Below are positions 8,424-16,207 of a stretch of 17,897 bases of DNA, one piece after another (the first letter of the stretch is position 1; the number at the start of each line of letters is the position of its first letter). The position numbers and the translations under genes are program-made. The notes beneath the pieces are model-generated. The model saw only the letters and a list, made by a program, of their open reading frames with translations. It had not been told where the DNA came from and ran no database searches. Source of the stretch: a bacterium (GTDB lineage Bacteria > Zhuqueibacterota > Zhuqueibacteria > Oceanimicrobiales > Oceanimicrobiaceae); contig JBHHXT010000096.1 of assembly GCA_046757165.1 (NCBI GenBank), forward strand, positions 1 to 17,897, given 5' to 3'.

Positions 8424-8597
8424 ATGAGCGTCTTAGATAAACTCAAAGAACTGCAAACCGACGTTGAACATGAAATAGCAGGCATTGACGCACAGATCAA
8501 GGAATTGAAAGATAAACGAAAACAACTTGTCTCACTCAGGAGGACCATTGTGCCTCAAAAGCGAAGGGGACGAAAACCAAAAATTGCTACTCAATAG
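8424..8597 (+). CDS. 57-aa coiled-coil microprotein with a C-terminal AT-hook-like basic motif
   Basis: MSVLDKLKELQTDVEHEIAGIDAQIKELKDKRKQLVSLRRTIVPQKRRGRKPKIATQ; GAGAGGA RBS; heptad-like L/I pattern. Shorter than any ORF in the track. Confidence 0.8.
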   Translation: MSVLDKLKELQTDVEHEIAGIDAQIKELKDKRKQLVSLRRTIVPQKRRGRKPKIATQ

Positions 8598-8662
8598 ATA
8601 AAGAAAACATTCTCCTCGTCGTTGTCCACAAAAAAATGAAACTCCGGGCGCACGCTCTTTTT

Positions 8663-8765
8663 GGGGACGCCTTGCCCATCCAATTGTTCACGGCTGCACC
8701 GAACTGCCATCCTTTGACGGTATGGGCTGATTAGCTTAAGATTGGGGGGCAAGGCGATGCCCCCC
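8663..8765 (+). ncRNA. Candidate structured RNA (long closing stem plus three hairpins)
   Basis: CGCCTTGCCC 8668-8677 pairs with GGGCAAGGCG 8747-8756; CCAAT 8680-8684 pairs with ATTGG 8741-8745. Inner hairpins at 8686-8704, 8705-8722 and 8724-8737. G-U pairs favour the + strand. Confidence 0.45.
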
Positions 8766-9018
8766 TTTTCTTCGAAAACTGCCCGCAATTTCGGCCATAA
8801 TCAGGAGATCCGTCGGAATTCATGATGTAAATTTCCTGTGTTCTATCCCGATTTGAATCAAAAATGATTTGCTTTCCGTCCGGAGACCAGGTTGCGCCCC
8901 GAGACATTGGTGCGTCTTTATCACAACTAATTGTTTGTGCGACCGTCGTGGATGTTGGCAGCAGCAGACAAAAACAAGTGGAACCATAGATTGTCTTGAG
9001 CAATAACTTTCTCATCAT
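8731..9018 (-). pseudogene. Truncated TolB/PD40-repeat protein (N-terminal fragment)
   Basis: Signal-like N-terminus and a single PD40 repeat ATWSPDGKQIIFDSNRDRTQEIYIMNSDGS; similarity is lost near 8805. Confidence 0.75.
8744..8772 (+). terminator. Rho-independent terminator
   Basis: GGGGGGCA-AGGCGA-TGCCCCCC followed by TTTTCTT. Confidence 0.65.
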
Positions 9019-9054
9019 TTTCGTGTACTCCCTGGGGTTAGATAGGGATTCTCG

Positions 9055-11505
9055 TTACTCATATCGAAGGGATTCAACCGGATTCGCCAACGCCGCGCCG
9101 ATTGCCTGCGTGCTCACCGTCAGCAGCGCAATCACCAGCGCCAGCCCACCGGCCAGCGCGAACACCGACCACGAAATGTCGATGCGGTAGGCGAAGTTTT
9201 GCAGCCAGCGATTCATCGCAAACCAGGCCACCGGCCAGGCGATGAGGTTGGCCACGAGCACCCATTTCGTGAATTCTTTCAGGAGTGCCATCGTAATCGC
9301 GGCGACCGAAGCGCCCAGGACTTTGCGGATGCCGATTTCTTGGGTGCGTTGTTCAGCGCTATAAGAGGTCAAGCCGAACAGCCCAAGACAGGCCACCAGA
9401 ATGGCCAGACTGGTGAAAATCAAAAATATGTTTCCCAGCCGCTGTTCTGCGCGGTACTGCGACTCCAGGTTGTCATCCAGAAACGAATACTCGAATGGTG
9501 TTGCCGGGGCAAGGGCGTGCCATTCCGTCTCAAGCCTCCGCAGGAGTTTCCCGAGTTCTCGGGTTCGCACACGAATGGCAATGTACGAGTCCGGGATGGT
9601 ATAAGAATTCGACGAGACATGAAACAAGGCAAACGGCACAATTTGTCGATGTAAGCTGGTGAAGTTGAAGTCGCGCATGACGCCGATCACGGTGTAGTCT
9701 CCTCTGCTCGGATAGGTTATCTTCTTGCCGATGGCGTCTTTCCAGCCGAATTGCCGCACCGCGGTTTCATTCAAAATCACACTGCGGTCATCCGTTGAAA
9801 ATTCTTTTGCAAATCCCCTGCCCTGCACGATTTTCAGGCCGAGCGTTTGTACGAAATTTTCATCTGTCATGTAGGAGACCAAGTCCGTTTGCTCTGCCTC
9901 GACGCCTTCCACTTTATAATAATCTTGAAACCCAAAGACTGGCGGCACACCAGTGGTTAAACTCGCATTTACAATCTCGCTCTTGCCCTTGACAAGGTCC
10001 CGGTACGTTTTCGCGTTATCTCCCAAACGGTGATTTTCGTTGGAAATGATGAGGACGCTTTCTTTGGCAAACCCCATATCTTTTTCTGTGACAAAATCCA
10101 ATTGGTCTTTGACGAGCAACGAACAAATGATCAACGCGATGGAAATCGCAAATTGCACAACAACCAACGCGTTGCGCAACCCGCTGCTTTTCATCCCGGC
10201 ATTGATTCTTCCTTTGAGAACCTCCACCGGTCTGAATGAGGACAAGTAAAAACCGGGGTAACTGCCGGCAACCAGACCAACGGCCAGAGTGAGCGCGATG
10301 AGAAAAACGGGCAGCCAGACAGGCTGAAACAAATTGAAATGGAGACTTTTATCGGCAATTTGATTGAACGAACCGAGCAGCAGCTCTACCAGCCCCAGGC
10401 TAAGGAGTAGGGCCACACCACTAAAAACCAGAGATTCGACCATGAACTGGTTGATTAAGTTTCTCTTGACCGATCCCAGAACCTTTCTCACCCCAACCTC
10501 TTTTGCCCGACCAGATGAACGTGCGGTCGACAAGTTCATGAAATTGATGCAGGCAATGAGCAAAACAAACAGCGCTACCGCAGAAAAAATGTATACATAG
10601 CTCTTGTTGCCGACAGGCCCCAGTCGGTTACCGACCCTGGCTGAGCCTAAATGGATGTCGGTCAAAGGCTGAAACACGAACTTCCAGTGCCCGCCCTGCT
10701 CGATCATGTCCTCGAACGAAAACCCGATTCTTCGGAACGCGTCCGGCGCGCGTTGCGACACGAGATCTGCAATCTTCGCTTCCATTTCACCGAGGGCCGC
10801 CCTCTCATTGACCACAGCATAGGTCACGACCTGCATCCAAACCCAGCTCCAATCAAAAAAGGCAACTTGCGGATGCGAGGCCATGGAGGTGAGCATGTCA
10901 AATTGAAAGTGAGAATTCTGCGGCGCAGCCGTCACAACGCCGGTAATCTTGAAGAGATTAGAATAAGGCTTGCCAAGAAAAGATTTACTTTCGCCAATGC
11001 TTAGCGTTTTTCCAACCGGGGAAGCATCGCCAAAATATTTCTGCGCCGTCTCTTCAGTCAAGATCACGCTGTTGGGTTCCTGCAAAGCTGTCGCCGGATC
11101 CCCCGAGGGCATTTTGAAGCTAAACACCTCGAAGAAACTGGCATCGACAGCCAGGATTCGACTCTCGGCGAAAAAGTTGTTCTCCTTGCGCACCACCATT
11201 TTCGAGACCGGATAAATTCGGGTTGCGACCTCGATTTCGGGGATTTCATCTGTTAACATTTTCGCAAGCGGTGGCGGCGTCCCGGGGCCGATGCCCTCCC
11301 GGCCCTGCCATTTGTAGTCCCAATTCAGCCTGTAGATTCTGTCAGCGTTGTCATGGAAATTATCGTAGTTCAATTCATCGTTGACGTAAAGAAGGATCAG
11401 CAAAAAGCTCGAGATTCCGATGGCCAATCCCAGCAAATTAATGACAGAATAGGTCTTGTGTTTTGACAAATTGCGAAACGTGACTTTAAAATAATTCTTG
11501 AACAT
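9055..11505 (-). CDS. ABC transporter permease, duplicated MacB-periplasmic/FtsX type (816 aa)
   Basis: MFKNYFKVTFRNL...INLLGLAIG; ACINFMNLSTARS..RAKEVGVRKVLG; second RTQEIGIRKVLGA; ends ANPVESLRYE. Confidence 0.96.
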   Translation of the reverse strand: MFKNYFKVTFRNLSKHKTYSVINLLGLAIGISSFLLILLYVNDELNYDNFHDNADRIYRLNWDYKWQGREGIGPGTPPPLAKMLTDEIPEIEVATRIYPVSKMVVRKENNFFAESRILAVDASFFEVFSFKMPSGDPATALQEPNSVILTEETAQKYFGDASPVGKTLSIGESKSFLGKPYSNLFKITGVVTAAPQNSHFQFDMLTSMASHPQVAFFDWSWVWMQVVTYAVVNERAALGEMEAKIADLVSQRAPDAFRRIGFSFEDMIEQGGHWKFVFQPLTDIHLGSARVGNRLGPVGNKSYVYIFSAVALFVLLIACINFMNLSTARSSGRAKEVGVRKVLGSVKRNLINQFMVESLVFSGVALLLSLGLVELLLGSFNQIADKSLHFNLFQPVWLPVFLIALTLAVGLVAGSYPGFYLSSFRPVEVLKGRINAGMKSSGLRNALVVVQFAISIALIICSLLVKDQLDFVTEKDMGFAKESVLIISNENHRLGDNAKTYRDLVKGKSEIVNASLTTGVPPVFGFQDYYKVEGVEAEQTDLVSYMTDENFVQTLGLKIVQGRGFAKEFSTDDRSVILNETAVRQFGWKDAIGKKITYPSRGDYTVIGVMRDFNFTSLHRQIVPFALFHVSSNSYTIPDSYIAIRVRTRELGKLLRRLETEWHALAPATPFEYSFLDDNLESQYRAEQRLGNIFLIFTSLAILVACLGLFGLTSYSAEQRTQEIGIRKVLGASVAAITMALLKEFTKWVLVANLIAWPVAWFAMNRWLQNFAYRIDISWSVFALAGGLALVIALLTVSTQAIGAALANPVESLRYE

Positions 11506-11615
11506 GAGGTCTATCCTCCGCCATTACTATCGAAAGCATCAATTCGTGGTACACAAGCCGAACCATGAGAATACAGCTTGCGAGACCAATGGTCAGCCCG
11601 GCGATATTCTTACAA

Positions 11616-11726
11616 TTCATTCAAGAAGTGTGCCACGACTGATTTTCATGAACTTAGTTTGGACAGGGGGAAGCGAGAAATTGGAAAGTATCCGCTGGCA
11701 TAACACGTCCTGTACGGCAGCGGACA
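11616..11726 (-). promoter_or_regulatory. Sigma54-like promoter with tandem enhancer-like boxes
   Basis: TGTCCG-CTGC-CGTACA (11726-11711), TGTTATGCCAGCGGATA (11705-11689), TGGCAC-ACTTC-TTGAA (11635-11620). Matches 16097-16207. Confidence 0.75.
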
Positions 11727-11918
11727 GACTTGTTGTCGACGAGCAGGGCTATCTGACGCCCGCAGGGCAAAGGACAGCGCGAAGCGCCAAATGTCTTTTT
11801 ACGTTGCCTCTGATTTTCACTTTTCAGATCCGGCAAATTCTTTCTCGCCAGACCGCTTCAGTCCTTGCAAGAGCTTCACCATCCGCTTTCCATATTGGGA
11901 ACGCACAACCAGAAGTCT

Positions 11919-12854
11919 CTACTCCTGCTCCACGGTTGACTCTCGTCTGGGATAGTAGTAGAGGTGGGCCGGCATGCTGGCCAGCTCCTCGCTTGTCGTG
12001 TAGTAGCCCAGGCCATCCGCGTCCCAGCACACGGCTTCACCCTGTGGCTCAACGACGTAGGGTAACACCATCGGCTCGGTTTGCAGAATCTCGGCCAGGG
12101 TCTGCTCCTGCCTGCGCCGCCAGTAGTAGATGGTGTCATAAGTTTTGAGCACGACCTCGAGCCCTGAAGGAGAAATGTCGCCAGCCACAACGTTCGTCAT
12201 ATCGAGCGTCCCAACGTACTCGACCGTGATCACCTCCGAAGTCGACTGTGGAAAAGGCGCACGATAAACTCGTGCCCGACTTTCACGTTTCGAAACGATA
12301 TACACATCCCGGGTCAGGGGGTCCACCATAAGCGCCTCTGCGTCACGTCTGCCATCGGGAAAACGAAAGGTGATCGTCTCAGCGGCGCTGATGGAGGAGG
12401 GAGCGACCAAACTGTCGCTCAAACTCGGCTCGGGAACCCGGTAGATGTACTTATGCTCATACCTCGCCAGGTTGTCACCGATGTTTCCGATGAACAGGTA
12501 GTGCTCTCCGGGTACGGGCCCGGGCCCGACCGCGATGTCCTCCCAGTCCCGGCAGTTGGCGCCTGGCAGGGCGAATGCTGCCACATGGTTGCCCTCGCTG
12601 TCGAGGGCGAAAATGAGGCTCTGGTTGTCGGAATCGTTGTGGGTCCACAAGATGCCGGGATTCCTCCTGCTGGCGGCCAGGCCCGACGCCTCGTTGAGGG
12701 CAGCATGTTCCAGCAAACCACAGTCGATTCGCTTGCCAAAGTTCGGTGGGCTGCCGTGGACCCTCAGCAGCAAGCCAGCCCCCAGGCTTGCGATGAAAAG
12801 AAGGTGCGTTTCTCTGAATCTCGATCTTCCGCAGCGCAACATGTACTGCCTCAT
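11919..12854 (-). CDS. Secreted hypothetical protein, likely beta-propeller
   Basis: EASGLAASRRNPGILWTHNDS, DWEDIA, IGDN, DAEAL, QGEAV, TTSE motifs; hydrophobic N-terminal segment. Start uncertain. Confidence 0.85.
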   Translation of the reverse strand: MRQYMLRCGRSRFRETHLLFIASLGAGLLLRVHGSPPNFGKRIDCGLLEHAALNEASGLAASRRNPGILWTHNDSDNQSLIFALDSEGNHVAAFALPGANCRDWEDIAVGPGPVPGEHYLFIGNIGDNLARYEHKYIYRVPEPSLSDSLVAPSSISAAETITFRFPDGRRDAEALMVDPLTRDVYIVSKRESRARVYRAPFPQSTSEVITVEYVGTLDMTNVVAGDISPSGLEVVLKTYDTIYYWRRRQEQTLAEILQTEPMVLPYVVEPQGEAVCWDADGLGYYTTSEELASMPAHLYYYPRRESTVEQE

Positions 12855-12909
12855 TTTAAGGATGACGCCCCACAATCAAAATATCGGCTGGCCAGCGGTG
12901 GTCTCTGAA

Positions 12910-12956
12910 TCCGCGTCATTGGTCATTTTTCTGAGCTTGATGACCAATGACGCGGA
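12910..12956. repeat. Perfect 17-bp inverted repeat built from GTCATTG/CAATGAC heptamers
   Basis: TCCGCGTCATTGGTCAT (12910-12926), 13-nt loop, ATGACCAATGACGCGGA (12940-12956). Confidence 0.8.
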
Positions 12957-13191
12957 GCAAATGACGTGAAATAACCTTTATGAAAAAATCCGAGTTATTT
13001 CAACATGGGCAGCTATTCGAATGACCTTCCTAAGTTAACCCACTTAACCCATCTGCGCAGGGTTTTGTTCCTCAGGCCGGTCTCAGGCGTGAATAATCAT
13101 TCCCAGCGTTCTCGCCGATCCTCCCCCCTGCGGTCAGATGTCGGGCAGCGCCACAGGGCGCACGAGTTCCCCTCGTGTCTCGGGTGGGTTC

Positions 13192-13316
13192 AAATCCCTC
13201 CTGTCCCCTCTTTGACAAAGGGCGGACTCTTGTCGCGGAATCGGGTTTGAAGTCGGATGTCGTGCCCAGAGGGCGCGGAAAATCCACCTTTCGTAAAGGG
13301 GGATTCAGGGGGATTT
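13192..13316. repeat. Inverted pair of REP-like CCCCCTTT..AAAGGGG elements (MITE-like)
   Basis: + strand AAATCCCTCCTGTCCCCTCTTTGACAAAGGGCGGACT (13192-13228); - strand AAATCCCCCTGAATCCCCCTTTACGAAAGGTGGATTT (13316-13280). Confidence 0.75.
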
Positions 13317-13354
13317 CTTGACTCGCGCCACCGTAGTTGAGGTAAGAAGGGCCC

Positions 13355-14146
13355 TCAGGCATGGATGAGATAGTAGACAGCAGTAGAAACAAAATCCCTG
13401 ACAAAGGGAAGGCCGCTCACCCAGTCGAACTGCTTACGTCCTTTGATGCCGAACTTGTACTGGTAGATGGGATTGAAGAGAAAAAATTGCCGCTTCAGGA
13501 CTTGCCACGCTGTCTCTTGCAGCAATCTCTCGAATCTATGGATGGAAAGCCTAGTATCGTAGATTTCCATCAAGCCGGCGATCTTGTCTTCGCTCTCACC
13601 ACACACTTTCAAAAGGCCGCGATAGAGCTTTTGCGGCAGCAAATGAACCCAGGGAACGACCTTCAGAAACGACTCGGCAAGCTGCTGATGGCCACCAAAT
13701 GGATTCCACCACGGCGGAAAGGCCACAAAAACGACGCCGCCCTGTTTGACAAACTTGTGCAGAACCGAGAGGATTCGTGCCTGATCGTGGATGTGCTCGA
13801 TGGCATCCTTCAGGATGAGCACGTCGATCTCCCCCATCAAATGCTCGAACACCCTGGTGTCATGCACATCGGCGGCATAAAATGTGATCCGCCTTTGTTC
13901 AACTTCCTTCTGAAGTATCCTCCGGGCATGTTCAATGCGATGGGCCGCGATGTCGACGCCATAGCAGGTGTATCCTTTCTCGCTAAACGCTTTCAAGACC
14001 CCGCCCTCACCACAACCGACTTCCAGAACCTTCGCGTGTTCCGGCAGGGGATAAACCTCCTGGATGAAAGGAATAATATGGTCCCGGGTGACAAGATATT
14101 GCTGGTCCCACTTCTTGACGGGATCGAGATGAAAATCATAGGGCAT
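13355..14146 (-). CDS. Class I SAM-dependent methyltransferase
   Basis: VLEVGCGEGG, GVDI, DAIEHI, FPPWWNPFGGHQ; starts 3 nt after the sulfatase-like stop. Confidence 0.92.
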   Translation of the reverse strand: MPYDFHLDPVKKWDQQYLVTRDHIIPFIQEVYPLPEHAKVLEVGCGEGGVLKAFSEKGYTCYGVDIAAHRIEHARRILQKEVEQRRITFYAADVHDTRVFEHLMGEIDVLILKDAIEHIHDQARILSVLHKFVKQGGVVFVAFPPWWNPFGGHQQLAESFLKVVPWVHLLPQKLYRGLLKVCGESEDKIAGLMEIYDTRLSIHRFERLLQETAWQVLKRQFFLFNPIYQYKFGIKGRKQFDWVSGLPFVRDFVSTAVYYLIHA

Positions 14147-14149
14147 GGG

Positions 14150-15538
14150 TCATGTCTGGCTGAAGTGAAACATGGGCCGCGCGCGTTCGATTTCCAGTCG
14201 CACACGACGCTTTTCCAATTGTACGATGTACTCGTCCAGCTTGCGCTGAAGCTCAGCAATCCGCCGCTTTTCGGCCTCATACACATCCTGTTTCTCGTTG
14301 GGATCAGCAAGCAAGTTGAACAGCAGATATCTTTGCTGCAGCGTGTCGAAGACCAGTTTCCATTTGCTGCTTCGGCACCCGTACACTTTGGGCATGCGGT
14401 CTATTCTGAACATGTTCGCATCGACTGGAACTACGCCATTCGGACCGAAGCTCGCGGCCGCGCAGATTTCCCTGCCAACCTCTGGCTCAAAAACCGCGGG
14501 CCGCATAAAAGGCGATTCAAGCCCGAGAGTTGACAAAATCGTGGGTGCTATCTGCAGCAGGCTGACGAGCTCCTGGCGAGTTTCGCCGCGGCGTTGACCG
14601 GGCTGTTTGACGAGCAGCGGCACATGCAGCAGCTCATCATACAACTTCGACTTGTGCTGCAAATCTCCGTGCTCCGCAAACTCCTCACCATGGTCGGCGG
14701 TAAAAATGATTTGCGCAGAGTCATACAACCCGAGCTGCTTCAGAAAGTCGAGCAGTGCCCCGACCTTGCTGTCCAGTTGTCTGATGGCCGCATCATACAG
14801 GCTGCTGACGCGGTGCAACATTTCTTCCGACAAGTGCATGTTTTCCCGCACACGCATGTTTAATCCAAGATTCTCCTCTCGGGGAATTGGCTGCATACCA
14901 AGCTCCACTTGCGGCCCAACCTGCGGCAGATAGGGGTAGTGCGTGTCCATGTAATGGATCCACAGAAAAAAAGGCCGCTCCCCCACACGTTGCAGTGCCT
15001 CGAAAATGTCAAAGTTGATCTGGCCTTCCAACTGCGCCTTACTTTTGATGCTGGCTTCTGTCACCAGATAGCGCTCGACATCCAGGCCAGGAATAGTAAT
15101 GATAGCCGACTCAGAAGCTGAATAATAAGATGACGGGTCTGTCTGCGATTCTGACACTGAGGCCCCCAGATCAAAGTCCAAATAATCACGGAACTCGTCG
15201 AACCCGCGGTCATAGTGAAAAAACCTCGAAACGTAAGGATTGGCTGCATTGAAGGCCAGGGTAAGGTAGCCGCTCTCTTTCAGAATCTCAGCAAGTGCAA
15301 CCGGCACCTCAAACATCCCGAGCTTTCTGGAAAGGAGTGCGCTTCGTGCCGCCAGAATCGCTGGAAAGGCATGCGGTGTGTTCGGACCATTTGTAAACGC
15401 GCGACGAAAGAGAAAACTTCCCGCCGCGAACCGGTCGAGACTTGGCGTGGTCGGCTTGTGATAACCGTAAACCCCCAGCCTGTCCGCCCGCAGGGAGTCC
15501 GCTGTGATGAGAATTGTGTTGGGACGTTCGGGAGACAC
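14150..15538 (-). CDS. Sulfatase-like hydrolase/transferase (alkaline phosphatase superfamily) with non-canonical active site
   Basis: PNTILITADSLRAD, HYMDTHYPY, YDAAIRQLD, FTADHGEEF, HVPL, DPNE. TPHAF replaces (C/S)xPxR. The GTG start overlaps the upstream TAG. Confidence 0.92.
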   Translation of the reverse strand: MSPERPNTILITADSLRADRLGVYGYHKPTTPSLDRFAAGSFLFRRAFTNGPNTPHAFPAILAARSALLSRKLGMFEVPVALAEILKESGYLTLAFNAANPYVSRFFHYDRGFDEFRDYLDFDLGASVSESQTDPSSYYSASESAIITIPGLDVERYLVTEASIKSKAQLEGQINFDIFEALQRVGERPFFLWIHYMDTHYPYLPQVGPQVELGMQPIPREENLGLNMRVRENMHLSEEMLHRVSSLYDAAIRQLDSKVGALLDFLKQLGLYDSAQIIFTADHGEEFAEHGDLQHKSKLYDELLHVPLLVKQPGQRRGETRQELVSLLQIAPTILSTLGLESPFMRPAVFEPEVGREICAAASFGPNGVVPVDANMFRIDRMPKVYGCRSSKWKLVFDTLQQRYLLFNLLADPNEKQDVYEAEKRRIAELQRKLDEYIVQLEKRRVRLEIERARPMFHFSQT

Positions 15539-15777
15539 TACAAATAACCCAGGTCCTTGAGACGGCTCTCGAGAATCTGCTCTTCGTTGTCTTCGTTGTC
15601 TGCCCCGGCAGAGTCAGGCTCGCCGAAGAGCAGCGTTTCCAGAACAAAGTTCACGTATGCCTCGACCGTATCGAACGCGCGGGAATGAGCGACAATCTGT
15701 TCGATTTCGCGGTAAGCCCTGGGACAAAGTCGTACTTGTGTTGCTGCGCTGCCCTCCCCACCTGTTCTAAGACTCAT
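15538..15777 (-). CDS. Small CopG/ribbon-helix-helix-like protein with a C-terminal RLKDLGYL tail
   Basis: QVRLCPRAYREIEQIV...FDTVEAYVNFVLETLL, an acidic linker, then EEQILESRLKDLGYL. GAGGG RBS before ATG 15777. Confidence 0.8.
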   Translation of the reverse strand: MSLRTGGEGSAATQVRLCPRAYREIEQIVAHSRAFDTVEAYVNFVLETLLFGEPDSAGADNEDNEEQILESRLKDLGYL

Positions 15778-15810
15778 CTTCACGCCCTCGTTATGAAAGT
15801 TGACCGGGGA

Positions 15811-15839
15811 AATTTAAACAATAATTATGTTGCAGGCAA
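15811..15839 (-). promoter_or_regulatory. Sigma70-like promoter with a near-palindrome in the spacer
   Basis: TTGCCT (15839-15834)-17 bp-TAAATT (15816-15811); the spacer contains AACAATAATTATGTT (15817-15831). Confidence 0.6.
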
Positions 15840-16096
15840 GAGGTAAAATGCCCGGGACGTAGCCACGGCCGCTTGCCGCAGGTGTGAACATCGTAGCAAA
15901 TGAGAATTTCGTGCATTTCACTCCTGACGGACAACGGCCGGGCCTTGTTGGTGATTTTGCGCGTTTTTATCGTGTTTCCCTAAGACAGGCATACGTGTTG
16001 AATTGTGGCATGCTCCACGGGCTAACCCAACACACCTGGTGCTTTGAGAATAGCCGCTTTGAGACGCTTGAACCCCTGCCGTCTATCCACACCTGA

Positions 16097-16207
16097 TGTC
16101 CGTTGCCGAACACTGAGTATCCTGCCAGCGGACACTTTCCTGCCGTTGATCACGACATTCACTTCATAACTCATTAAAAATCAGCGACGGAACAGTTTTT
16201 GAAGGAA
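16097..16207 (+). promoter_or_regulatory. Sigma54-like promoter with tandem enhancer-like boxes
   Basis: TGTCCG-TTGC-CGAACA (16097-16112), TATCCTGCCAGCGGACA (16118-16134), CGGAAC-AGTTT-TTGAA (16188-16203). Same spacing as 11726-11616. Confidence 0.72.

Noticed and set aside
8663..8765. Retron msr-msd or CRISPR interpretation of the structured region
   Set aside because: No reverse transcriptase, cas gene or repeat-spacer periodicity anywhere in the window.
8591..8788. 65-aa - strand ORF over the structured region
   Set aside because: No clear RBS or recognisable motif; the base-pairing pattern explains the sequence better.
11498..12148. 216-aa + strand ORF
   Set aside because: Crosses the promoter module and runs antisense to 11919..12854; composition is not protein-like.
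13072..13404. 110-aa ORF containing EIPLNPPLRKVD
   Set aside because: The peptide is just the translation of the REP-like repeat.
13361..14533. 390-aa + strand ORF
   Set aside because: Antisense shadow of the methyltransferase and sulfatase-like genes; no recognisable motifs.
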